DNA of 64,000 bases, from assembly GCA_965228855.1 (NCBI GenBank), contig CBDDIJ010000003.1, forward strand, positions 1,728,001 to 1,792,000, in the 5' to 3' direction. Origin of the DNA: Candidatus Obscuribacterales bacterium. GTDB lineage: Bacteria; Cyanobacteriota; Vampirovibrionia; Obscuribacterales; Obscuribacteraceae. A program made the translations under genes and the position numbers. This document shows, in pieces, positions 30,101-37,300 of the stretch. A model generated the notes under the pieces. The model had not been told where the DNA came from. It searched no databases and worked only from the letters and a program-made list of their open reading frames with translations. The stretch's first letter is position 1. Every line of letters starts with the position of its first letter.

Positions 30101-31153
30101 TCCTGAACCAGTTGAGATGTACAAATTCCCCACAGCGGAAACACGAGCGCCTTGACTATTGGTTACCGCTCCATGGAGCGATGTAAGCGTGAGCGCATCG
30201 GAACTACTTATGGTTCCTGAGTTGTTTATGTCGTTTCCAGCCGTCAATGCCAGGCTAGTTTTAGATTCGACGTCTCCACGCACCATCGTTTCAGGAAGAA
30301 TTGTGGATATCGTTCCAGTACCAGTATTTACTATTTCATCGGCAAGGATAGAAATTTCCCCGCGATTGTTTCTAGTTGAAAAACCATATATGGTGCCATG
30401 GTTAACAAGGTCGCCGTTAATCTCGAAAGTCTTTTTGTCAAATTGACCGATCGCTGAAACTTGTTCCGGTATGACCAGAGAGGAAACCTTTCGAGACACC
30501 GCTTCGTTGAGTGAAAAGTTGCCACCATCTGCGACACCGGAGCTAGTTAACGATATGCTCTGCGAGGAGCCTCCTAAAACCTCTTGAATCGCGACATATT
30601 CCCCAGCAGTTGCTGTCATTCCAGCGGTAAATGTTTTACTCTCACCACCCACGTTGATTGTCACGCTCTCAGCACGTCCAAATAGACGCGAGCCAAGCAC
30701 GACAGTCTGTTTATCCGAAGATAGATCCAGTTCAAATCCGCGGCGATTGAGGCTTGGCTCCCCAAGTTCGCTAGTCGATATTCCAAGGCTTTGACCGCGA
30801 ACATGACTGTTTGAAACAGTCGAGTCTAAAACAGGAAGAGTAGAAGTCTGACTCAGCCGGTGAAGATCACGCGCCTGCCGGGCATTGATCCGGTCAGCAA
30901 TGCGCTCGGCAATTCTATCGTCGACACCTCGAGCGTTGTGCCGAATATCTGAATTACGGGCTTGTTCAACGACGGACCGTCTCTCCGCCATTCGTTCGGC
31001 CCGATTCGCTCTCTGGAGATCGGGCGTGAAACCTGTAATCGCCCGACCGTGCGCACCGTTCGCCAATGCTGGTGTCGCAGAAACGAGCATAGACATGCTT
31101 GTAAGAACCAGCGTGTTGAAGGAAGGTACGCCGACTTTAGCTTGCTTCTTCAT
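21161..31153 (-). CDS. Giant secreted haemagglutinin-like beta-strand repeat protein (3330 aa) with Ser/Thr linker and C-terminal FecR-like domain
   Basis: GGAGG RBS and signal peptide. N-terminal module homologous to the 1659 gene (ATAGEYVAIQEVL, GGDYLS, GDPT). Repeated GGxVxIxA..I.TGDI.T units, then ADPP, an S/T-rich linker and LDKGAVLFAP..VETPHG..VKLAPG. Confidence 0.88.
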   Translation of the reverse strand: MKKQAKVGVPSFNTLVLTSMSMLVSATPALANGAHGRAITGFTPDLQRANRAERMAERRSVVEQARNSDIRHNARGVDDRIAERIADRINARQARDLHRLSQTSTLPVLDSTVSNSHVRGQSLGISTSELGEPSLNRRGFELDLSSDKQTVVLGSRLFGRAESVTINVGGESKTFTAGMTATAGEYVAIQEVLGGSSQSISLTSSGVADGGNFSLNEAVSRKVSSLVIPEQVSAIGQFDKKTFEINGDLVNHGTIYGFSTRNNRGEISILADEIVNTGTGTISTILPETMVRGDVESKTSLALTAGNDINNSGTISSSDALTLTSLHGAVTNSQGARVSAVGNLYISTGSGQLNNAGLVSSGGDVNINAPAGTGLDINGVGGTIQAAGNINVRSCDLAGDVDMLGGDYLSSALNIRTGSGALTGSVGQVTGTLNTSGYAAHFTADTENLIMGDNIQDGDPTWASTGNISITGNVTANEDITILAGGNITGTGVTISTANSVTPEGGVFKPSTNITIIAGANVSTSGTTTTTIPGTSITTGTATVDFTGGAGGSVTLSNVTINSSSTLPFAPNNNDFNQENGGNVTIVAYANGATGGVVTTGDIITTSSFGKGGNVSVIAGANLASTITVGNISTSGGGSASSSFSGSGDVSLVASQAGMDFGTSITFNPDGSVASDGHIVPVGSVSATAGITSGSINTGNQSLNTDVAGNVLIRGGTYTNTTGDINTTARQVGGNVRIEVAGALNLTGRDVRTSVSGQSGGLGQSSGSIYLSGSTVTVDELVTGGNSTTTAGAITARATTGAISTGLVNAQGNTSNNSYSNGDVVMDAATTLTINSASTNSILANNVVLGSSNGISITSLGSTSIDAIGNVFLVTGNSGNAATISISGGIDTSGVTAGFIEIVNNAATTASTNVTVGALTTNTIAQNGQAGSVSVVSSGGISLGAISATSLVGQIGPQARGGSVFISSGGTGANAITVGTINTSALTAPGNIILLSSGASTVANPTNITHGAFTQTGALSGSNLSASLNGASATIPSTVYITTTLTGPSAINIRPGGYQAQQGTLGTPIDFTINSPDFRFIVPINVGATGDSMFLGALTQATGNNGFSLVTSGTLNVTENLISGGDSGPIAINARGGLIANSGVQIGLGSRNAIVLASVQQGFDVSLFNAKAGDDIVVAGKIDASNAAGSGSAVAFVSELATVYTNDISTFGTGVGALGGGVTLQALKHVTSGDINASSYLTGTTFNASGGGNILMESSGVILTGDLTDTGNGRISLNSDNDPSNSGSTLRTGNIVSLYTATGSVSESTVSLRSGGNGGATVTGNITTASATGSSGGVSIVSGSTGVLTGDIDTSSNGLTAGNVFISSTGDVRFASIDASTSGTNQNGQGGTVEVVTDIQRSISWGSGDIDTAARYTGASNGSGGRVDLAAGFITGYDILTGASNNNGAGDGGSVTISASNYLFMKDINTSAFGVTAIGGTGGDVTIAGGNDSSISLNTRHINTSGFTEGGAVSEYSGYWIVAQDIYTNSARKGGDVKLIGFNFVTTFDINTSAASLSALSAEGGSVEIASANEIIFIVDDIITSATSVGGDATGGSIGMVSTGRITVLNGGIDASATTSGAGKAVAGDVFSSTSASGSSDIGFFNTSATGDVGNTKDGNIFLGARNGNTGSYGSFSLIGTTPAANFFFNSAATVSGPTATISVKPGNINIVAGPYQTIGTLATPVNLTLDFGGDSRLLVPLMTYTATTGEGIFVSGVNANNATVGGTFAYENNGYDVHLIGYGLAPGSMTQPGNKITGNITANPVLTGTAGDVEIFTFLGMGQTSGTISGNSLTLTSLGGSNITASNPIRTDVPTLTARAFYVGTVPATRNVYIQSTRNGTVTLDGFSGVTGSIGSTLSITGGNTTSFNLAENASLLGSNIELITSGTASSIVIDGGISAHSRFSTVELRAASVQVGNAGLVRAASMFIETAGLANNGVIEATRTSAVVDNSTVGYPANLSLTGTGRLVAPTTVSLSTTGNINFGGLIQGGLLTLSPGQSLIMVAGGNITATGGNTNFKIATSGTAGDAGSFIAAAGVLYSIDDTTYAITLPAGNPSSATGGSIILDGSNSGYIADEIDLSSVSGSGGQLTLIAQGPTTANNRVLLPLGGYVKTGGLSENGNVIMYAIGPSSGTGNAIQVGDISIGENIANLGVIDIEVGALNNDVPITITGPITTQPIIDDSIGNGSVVTGELRTNKGLVFVYANDNLTVDFTNEGLNAITAEFDAANGTFALPVSTLTVSADLTGAGGNIYVGAQNLSWLNQGTTALTLNADANLATVGAGGFVQFRQGNTTQLQTGTGAGQLNVSAVGNLVGGTTNISTGGILAVDQAQLNLGPLGTDGEGPSIALQGSSVVSTTPGTALAIDVSGKGSGDGGNIFVVQTGSAPAFIDTTNSAGHFSFNISGGPTAGSPGFLSFVNGGDLTVDTSGYSNQIFGADGNGGALEFVAGGPYGQGNLTIIGTLSAAAKGNGIGGQILLGSNDPVNTMTIGGKTQPVNGIAGFPIVTGAVNGGVTITNFGGDVTALSTPKTGIRFITLAAGGIGNVIVPKKFGNSSLDLTFRTFGTGDVIGQTSKATVTGRNVEFQAINGDVGASNAPIVVNATNVGARGVNVDITAKKDLNLSLLSSATNRFSATGGNIISTGTITAPNMVLTAKGVVAQNLNGDSPLSIDADNLTIDAGTAVISSDGLSPINVTSTSTKSKVISIVAQDDINVTSAIGGKKTFISLNSLGDINTAGSGLISGATLQMVAQGGIGTTAALQVSAANLSADSQTLVRINDVASSITLNSVSAANGDVDITTGTSAKSLETAPGALITANNGHITLQNNNASKGTITIGAGSYIATSGFGGGDVSILIGGTTSTAGTAPTGVTFTVDGVPVTTPLPANTFFFGANGITVTDTSASTPTIDMNVLGGKSVIFNTGTQSAKAITVEGGGTSITADPPITSSPSTQSASTSESFSSTIQSLPTSPATSSRSAQVTTPEGRGTAGATVLEAFVPRLDALTSNQAQLSSGLFAHDAPQAAILSNQNSANLSASMNLFPTSSAELVVEDNGLERQLLSSMAESQVHFGTQPRDGWMSETELSSGHIPGIVYCDQDLEIKSDVSTIVDFTKSETSTHRLDKGAVLFAPTVSTRVETPHGNIRIDANSVVFVVSFKDGVAIFDIDDAHKNAVSVTVADREVKLAPGNHVLLTHNSVRTMDDINPAQFIGHRNLKEHSFSNAKMFTSEFSIPNAISAVMPVKQLFASKHHHTKQLANHLMKTVAIHMHLDPSGSEYKQLVRPSTTAFAKN

Positions 31154-31572
31154 GGGAAGGAGCCTCCTTAAAATGTGCCCGACAGTGCGCCTGGTTCGCC
31201 AGGTATCGAACCAAACAGTGCTTCCATATTGAACGCAGCGCTTAGAGATGTTTGAGCGTGCGTGCTTTTTAAAAGGTTTCCCGTCCGCGGGCAGGTGTCA
31301 TTGAACACAACCGGCGGCAATCCGAAAAAAGCGTGGACCCCCGACACTTTTTTCGACAAGCACAATGATCGCACAAAGCGACAATTCACTCCTTAGAGTC
31401 CTAAAAACGGTAAACTCCGACCGTTTTTGAAACATGACAGCCTGTCAGGAGTTTGAAACTCTGCTGAAATACTTGCCTCTAAAAAGAACAAACATTAATG
31501 CGAAAATCACCCGTTCGGCGAATAGTCATTATTGATCTTTTTGAGGATGATATGTACTGCGAAGCTTATGTC

Positions 31573-34500
31573 TCAGCTACCTGTGCCTGAGGCTAACTGT
31601 CTTTCGGCCTCGACGGCGTAGACGATATTCTCGTCTGCGAATTTTGAGCAGCGCGTTATCACAGTTTTAGTTACATCAAATTTATCGTGACGGACGAGCG
31701 CGCGCACCAGCCAGGTCAGCTCGGCAGGCAGATATTCGCCCGGCTGTAGTGGCTCAAACTCGTCTAGCTTCTTCGAGACGATTCGGCTTAAGACCTCAGC
31801 GGAATCTTTGCCGGGATTAGCCCAGCACCAGCCGGCTGCAGCGGAAAGAGCGACGGCATCCGGACGCTGCATAAGTTGAGATACTACCTGATTGGCAGAG
31901 TCCGCATCCTGACCCTCGAGGGTTTTCCAAATCACAGGCCAGTAAAGCGGGAATTCATCGGGAGGAGTGATACCACGGGCAGTGTACGCAGTTCTTGCTG
32001 CATCTCGAAGACTTACGTTCGCTGAAGCTAGATAAGGAGCAATTGTCTCAATTTCCAGTTCCGGAAAGCGCTCGACGGTTTCGCACTCTAAAATTCTCCA
32101 ATTCAACCAGCGATCGCCTCCGTAGTTCGATAATTCGCGTGCCAATTCGATTGCATCCGAAATTGAATCGGCGTCAACCAGATCTGGAAAACACTGCTGC
32201 AGTGTTAGCGCGGCGCGGTGAAACATTAAAGTCACGGCGTTATCATCATCAGATGGATTTCTGAAGCAGAGCGCGAGAAACGTTCTTATATGCTGTTCAG
32301 AAGGTAGCTCTTTTCGCGGAATAGAATTTGCAGGTTTTGAAAACAGAATCTCTAACGTTCTGAAAGCTGCTATCTGCGCCTCATCATCGTTAAATCGAAG
32401 AAGTCTCTCGATGGGCTCAAGCAGGTCTGTCTCACCCCAAACGCTCAATGCAACAATTGCGGATGACGCGATTTTTGCGTTGTGATTAGTTAAACCAAAT
32501 TTGAGCAACTTCCAGAGGGCACCACAAACGGTCTCAGGCGAAACGATCGCCGTGACATTGGAGGAGTCTGCAAATCGAACGAATGTGTTTGAGATCGTGC
32601 AAAGGAAGTCATCCCATGGAATCGCAGCAAGCCCGATGTCATAACCCTCTTTAGTCGAAATCTCCGCCTCGAATTCGCCAATGATCTCAATAAGTCGAGG
32701 AAGCACCGCATCGCACCCCATCAAACTGAGCAGTTGAACAGCCGCTTCTCGTTTGTGGTGATATTCCTCGACATGACTCAACTCATCCAGGCACCATCGC
32801 TCTAGGCGAAGGTCAAGGGAGCCTTGCGTTCTACCGATAATCGGCATAAGCCCGAGCATTCGAGGACCATCTTGATATATCGATGACCAGATGAACGGCT
32901 GCAAGATCTCACTCTTGTTCTGTCCCAACCAATGACCCACACCTGTGGCTTCATCTTCGATAAGACAGTCGTCGCGCACGAACCCGCGGTCGCGGATAAA
33001 ATCGAAGGACTTCCACTGCAATTCATAACCGGGCAATTGGCGAGCAGCCTTTTCAAGCTGCGCCATGGTGACGTCGTCCTTGACACTGTCCCAGGCTCGG
33101 TCGAGAATTAGTGCTAACTTCTCCTCTTCATCAACTGTCTCAAGTTCTGCAGCGATTGCAGAAGCAATTGACTGCGCGCGCTCAGCATCAGCAACAGCAC
33201 GCTCCGTTTTCTCCTTCTCACGCTTACCTGCGCGCTCAGGAGCCAGATCCAGAGAAAGAAACTTCTCACGAACTTCATGGATGTTACTTATCGCTTTTCC
33301 AATCTGAGTGCGACCGTTTTCAATCTCTTCAATTAGTGATACCAAATCCCGTACCACTCTTGCAGAATGATTTCCGTAGGCGGAACAGCATTTTCTCAGC
33401 CGCTCAGTTTGTTTAAACCAAAAGAAGCGCCACAAAAGATAAACGGCTGTAGTGGCAAGACGCTCTCCGGTAGCAAGAAGAACCTCGAACTGCTCCTCAT
33501 CGAGGACTTTGTTCCAATTAGGATAAAAGCAACTTTTAACATCCTCCCAGTTACGTCGGTCGTCCTCCTTCAGAAGCTCGACTATCCATTGAGCTCTCCA
33601 GAACAGTCCGCGAATTGAGTTTTTCGGATCTAAATCCTCACCAAACTCTTCTTCACCAACAGTGTCCATTCCATCTGTACAAGCCCAGTGGGTCTGGCAC
33701 CGACCAATCAATTTCTGCCACGCGGCTCTGGTTGCGGCAGGAGACAAACGCTCGCGCTCGACTGCATCGGAAATCGCGATCCGGAATGCGAAGTCGTCGA
33801 GAGTAAGAGCCAGCACGTCGTCTATATGATAGGTATCATGACTCCAGTAGTAAACGGCGTTGGGCTGGGGAACCTCCTTTAAAGGTCGCAAAATTGTTGA
33901 GTAGATGTAATCGCTGTCGCCAAATCCACCGATTTTGACGGCACCCATAAACATGGATCCAATTTCTTCCGATTCGTTTTGCCAGCAGTGGCAAATCAGG
34001 CTCTCCCACAAATTAGTCTCATCGAACATTCGCCGGTCCGTAGTCAAATTGAACGTGCACGCTTCCCTACTGGCCGTTTTGATAAATTTGTCGATTTCCG
34101 GAGCGGTTACACCCCAGAGTTCTTTCAATTGAAGCAAATCCTCTCCATGGACTTGCTGGCGATCAGGATCGATTGCGTCAGCAACATTCGCTGCATATTT
34201 CTCAAGGTATCCATCCGGCTCAGCCGCACCGATTATGGTATCAAGGTCATAAGCACTGTCGAGGGGGCGCCCATCGGAAGTACATTCAGTTCCATCCTTC
34301 AAAAACCAGCGCATGTTTTTCTCTTCCCAGTTTGCCTGGCTATCGAACTCATATCGCCATGTTTCATCATTGGACGGATAGTTTTCATCGCTCGGGTTTT
34401 CGCTTCGGACAAAAACAAAGTGCCCGAATCGACTTCCCTTTTTCCAGACGCCACTGCTCGCCAACGTGCCGTCATTGTGAAAGCGTTCAAGCACTCCATC

Positions 34501-34695
34501 CTGAAATCCTTCGTTGTCGAAATTAGCTACGCAGCAGAGACTTCCGTCGGCCCTCCAATACCGCCATTCTCCGACCGGACACTCTTGCTTGCGTTTCTTT
34601 CCCCTAGTAATGGATTTCCCAAGTTGCCATTCGCGTTCCTGGCTCGACCATACAGCCTCTTGCGGCACACAACTTGGACGTTTGGGCTCGTTCAT
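31573..34695 (-). CDS. Multidomain protein: MORN-variant (YwqK-like) repeats, SMI1/KNR4(SUKH)-like segment and HEAT-like repeats
   Basis: GEWRYWRADGSL..DGVLERFHNDGTL; KIGGFGDSDY..VYYWSHD..LALTLDDF; helical C-terminal half. ATG 34695 has a GAGG RBS; ORF track start 34722. Confidence 0.7.
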   Translation of the reverse strand: MNEPKRPSCVPQEAVWSSQEREWQLGKSITRGKKRKQECPVGEWRYWRADGSLCCVANFDNEGFQDGVLERFHNDGTLASSGVWKKGSRFGHFVFVRSENPSDENYPSNDETWRYEFDSQANWEEKNMRWFLKDGTECTSDGRPLDSAYDLDTIIGAAEPDGYLEKYAANVADAIDPDRQQVHGEDLLQLKELWGVTAPEIDKFIKTASREACTFNLTTDRRMFDETNLWESLICHCWQNESEEIGSMFMGAVKIGGFGDSDYIYSTILRPLKEVPQPNAVYYWSHDTYHIDDVLALTLDDFAFRIAISDAVERERLSPAATRAAWQKLIGRCQTHWACTDGMDTVGEEEFGEDLDPKNSIRGLFWRAQWIVELLKEDDRRNWEDVKSCFYPNWNKVLDEEQFEVLLATGERLATTAVYLLWRFFWFKQTERLRKCCSAYGNHSARVVRDLVSLIEEIENGRTQIGKAISNIHEVREKFLSLDLAPERAGKREKEKTERAVADAERAQSIASAIAAELETVDEEEKLALILDRAWDSVKDDVTMAQLEKAARQLPGYELQWKSFDFIRDRGFVRDDCLIEDEATGVGHWLGQNKSEILQPFIWSSIYQDGPRMLGLMPIIGRTQGSLDLRLERWCLDELSHVEEYHHKREAAVQLLSLMGCDAVLPRLIEIIGEFEAEISTKEGYDIGLAAIPWDDFLCTISNTFVRFADSSNVTAIVSPETVCGALWKLLKFGLTNHNAKIASSAIVALSVWGETDLLEPIERLLRFNDDEAQIAAFRTLEILFSKPANSIPRKELPSEQHIRTFLALCFRNPSDDDNAVTLMFHRAALTLQQCFPDLVDADSISDAIELARELSNYGGDRWLNWRILECETVERFPELEIETIAPYLASANVSLRDAARTAYTARGITPPDEFPLYWPVIWKTLEGQDADSANQVVSQLMQRPDAVALSAAAGWCWANPGKDSAEVLSRIVSKKLDEFEPLQPGEYLPAELTWLVRALVRHDKFDVTKTVITRCSKFADENIVYAVEAERQLASGTGS

Positions 34696-34904
34696 ACTGA
34701 CCTCGCTACACGCGAACAACAATCATACGTTCCTATAACTGTATCCAGCGAGACTTTAGGGGGCTGAAACAGAAGTGCTACAAAAGCCCACCTGTTCTAC
34801 TCCGAAGCCGGCTGTCAAGAATATAAAGTTTTGACAACTTTTCACCGTTTTCCGTCACCAGGGTGAGAATATGTCAGAAGCCCGGCAAACTGTCAGGAGT
34901 TTTT

Positions 34905-35300
34905 ATGAAACAAAAACTGCAAGAGCTCGTTCTGGTAAGCTGCATGTGCACACTAGGACTATCCTGGGCTGGTTTAAGTTGCGAGCCGGCGGCTGCTCAG
35001 TCTCTATCATTAGGCGATGACTTCTTGTCGCTAGACGTCGAAAATGGCGAAGTAAACGGGTCTACCATTTTCGGACATCATTTAAATAATACGCAAAGCA
35101 TCGCCCTTGGTGGCACGATCGTAGCGCTGATTTGTTCCGCCTTTCTGTTCCAACGTGTCGTTCTCCGCACATGCAATTGCTGCTGCGGTCCCGGAAAGTG
35201 CGAATGCGGGTGCGGCTGCAAAAACGACTGCCCTTGCTTCTATCGCGATAAAAGTGAGCACAACGATCAGGCGCGAAGGCGCCACTACGATTGGTACTAG
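34905..35300 (+). CDS. Small exported/membrane protein with C-terminal Cys-rich metallothionein-like motif
   Basis: AGGAG RBS before ATG 34905; signal peptide, one TM helix, then CNCCCGPGKCECGCGCKNDCPC. Confidence 0.7.
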   Translation: MKQKLQELVLVSCMCTLGLSWAGLSCEPAAAQSLSLGDDFLSLDVENGEVNGSTIFGHHLNNTQSIALGGTIVALICSAFLFQRVVLRTCNCCCGPGKCECGCGCKNDCPCFYRDKSEHNDQARRRHYDWY

Positions 35301-35383
35301 AATCGAGCAGCTAAGTGGTTCTGGAACTCACGAGGTTACGGCTTAAGCTCAAGCGGGTTCTCTGTTTGCATAAGAGCCACCGT

Positions 35384-35779
35384 TTAAAAGGCGGCGGCGC
35401 CTGCTTCGGCAACGGCGTGATCTTGGTCGCCGGAACCGCCACTAACACCAATACTTCCGACGACTTTTCCATCTTTCTTCAACGGAATACCACCGGCGAA
35501 AATCATTATCTTGCCATCGTTGGAAGCATGAATTCCATAAAACTGTTTGCCAGGCGCAGCGTGTTCAGCCAGATCTTTGGTCGAGATATCGAATGCGCGC
35601 GAAGTAAATGCTTTCTTCATCGAGATATCAATGCTTCCTAACCATGCGCCGTCCATGCGAACATGCGCCACCAAGTTCGCACCTGAATCAGCAACAGCGA
35701 TGTTCATCGGTTGACCGATTTCAGCCGCTTTCTTCTCGGCTGCTGCGATGATTCTTCTTGCATCTTCCAACGTGACCAT
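35384..35779 (-). CDS. GlcG/HbpS family heme-binding protein
   Basis: MNIAVADSGANLVAHVRMDGA, IDISMKKAFT, FAGGIPL, GSIGVSGG..QDH.VA. Confidence 0.92.
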   Translation of the reverse strand: MVTLEDARRIIAAAEKKAAEIGQPMNIAVADSGANLVAHVRMDGAWLGSIDISMKKAFTSRAFDISTKDLAEHAAPGKQFYGIHASNDGKIMIFAGGIPLKKDGKVVGSIGVSGGSGDQDHAVAEAGAAAF

Positions 35780-35911
35780 TCTCGTCTCCTTAATCGTGAC
35801 AACCTGGCGGCAACAAAAACCGCACTCCAGAGGAATGCGGTAATTGTACTTCAGTACGACATGTCAGCAGTTAAGCTGAAAGGTCCTCTAATATCGGCGC
35901 AAGTGAAAACC

Positions 35912-37207
35912 CTAAGCAGCCTTAGATTTTCGGGTTGATGCTTTTTTACTTTTTGCGCTGGCCACCGGCTTCTTGACAGTTGTCTTTTTAGCCGTAGCCT
36001 TTTTCTTGGTCGACGCAGCCGCTACCTTTTTAGGTTTGGCTGCCGTTTTTCTCGCGCTGGGCTTGACGGTCGTTTTCGTAGCTCCCGTTTTCTTAGCTAC
36101 AGTTTTTTTAGCTGTAGATTTCTTGACAGGGCTCTTTTTCGCCGCAGTTTTCTTGACCGCAGCTTTTCCGGACGAAGTTTTCCTAGCTACCGCTTTTTTC
36201 GAAGCGGGCTTAGCCGCCGAAGTTTTCTTCGCCGCGCTCTTCGTGGCGGTCGATTTCACCGCAGATTTTCTTGTAGATACCTTTTTAGTGGTCTTGGAGG
36301 TCGTCTTCTTAGCCGGCGTCTTTTTGCCCACGGACTTTCCACCAGTGGCAGCCGATCCTCTTTTCGTTGATGCTTTCTTCGTTGAACTCGACTTAGCTGG
36401 GGTCTTTCTCGAGGCGGCTTTAGATGCTGGTTTCTTCCCTGAAGATTTCTTAGGTGACGATTTGCTTCCTCCAGTTTTCTTAGCCGTAGTTTTCTTAGGC
36501 GCAGTTTTCTTCGCCGCGCCTTTAGCTGTAGACTTTGACGACTTCGCAGGTGCAGCTTTTTTCGCAGGCGCACGTTTTGCTGCTCGAGTTACTGTCCGTC
36601 TCGGTTTATGCATTACAGGCTCCGGAGCCTCGGCTTCCGGTTCAAATGTCGCATTTTGCTCCTTCAACTCCTCTTTCTCATCTTGAAACTCGCGACCAAG
36701 TTCTTCCAATTCTTCCTTCGACTCATGCAATTTTGGAAGCAAGTCGAGTTCCTCTTCGGTGACGTGATGTTTAATCATTTCTTGAAGAACTTTCACCTTT
36801 GCTTCAAAGTTCTCTTCGTCACCGGAAAACTTAGACAACTGCGAAATGAGCGTCTGGGCTGCTTCGTGCTCCTCGAACGCCTCATGGACTTTCTCCTTCT
36901 CATCTTCATCATTCGCTTCGCCAAGCTTAGAGTAGACGAGCTTTTCCTCGGCAATTGTATGAAGAGTCAACTCCTCGAGGATTAAACGAAGGATTGCGAC
37001 TTTCTCCCTTTTGCCGTCTGCATTTTCAAAATCTTTAAATAGTCTTTCTACTTTGCGGTGATCGGCTTTAAGCAAATCGATCACATTTTCGGAGGGAGGC
37101 GCTTCACCGAATTGCAGTACTGTTTTAATCGTTTCGTTAATTGGCGCGATCAGTTTTTCCTGGATCGTCTCAGTAATCGTTTCTGCCAGTGGCTTTTCGT
37201 TGTCCAT
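35912..37207 (-). CDS. Hemerythrin (HHE) domain protein with long histone-H1-like Lys/Ala-rich tail
   Basis: ADHRKV, LHTIAEE, EEHEAA, HHVTEEE iron-ligand motifs, followed by ~230 aa of KKTAAKK/PAKK-type sequence. Confidence 0.88.
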   Translation of the reverse strand: MDNEKPLAETITETIQEKLIAPINETIKTVLQFGEAPPSENVIDLLKADHRKVERLFKDFENADGKREKVAILRLILEELTLHTIAEEKLVYSKLGEANDEDEKEKVHEAFEEHEAAQTLISQLSKFSGDEENFEAKVKVLQEMIKHHVTEEELDLLPKLHESKEELEELGREFQDEKEELKEQNATFEPEAEAPEPVMHKPRRTVTRAAKRAPAKKAAPAKSSKSTAKGAAKKTAPKKTTAKKTGGSKSSPKKSSGKKPASKAASRKTPAKSSSTKKASTKRGSAATGGKSVGKKTPAKKTTSKTTKKVSTRKSAVKSTATKSAAKKTSAAKPASKKAVARKTSSGKAAVKKTAAKKSPVKKSTAKKTVAKKTGATKTTVKPSARKTAAKPKKVAAASTKKKATAKKTTVKKPVASAKSKKASTRKSKAA

Positions 37208-37300
37208 CGTGTTACCTCCATACGATGCTCAGAATTGTTGTTAAATTCTGGTCAGTTACGAGACAGGTAATCGACTAATTAGTTCCCATAAATAATCAGT

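Noticed and set aside
35973..36686. 237-aa very hydrophobic Phe/Leu/Ala/Val ORF
   Set aside because: Antisense mirror of the Lys/Ala/Thr-rich tail.
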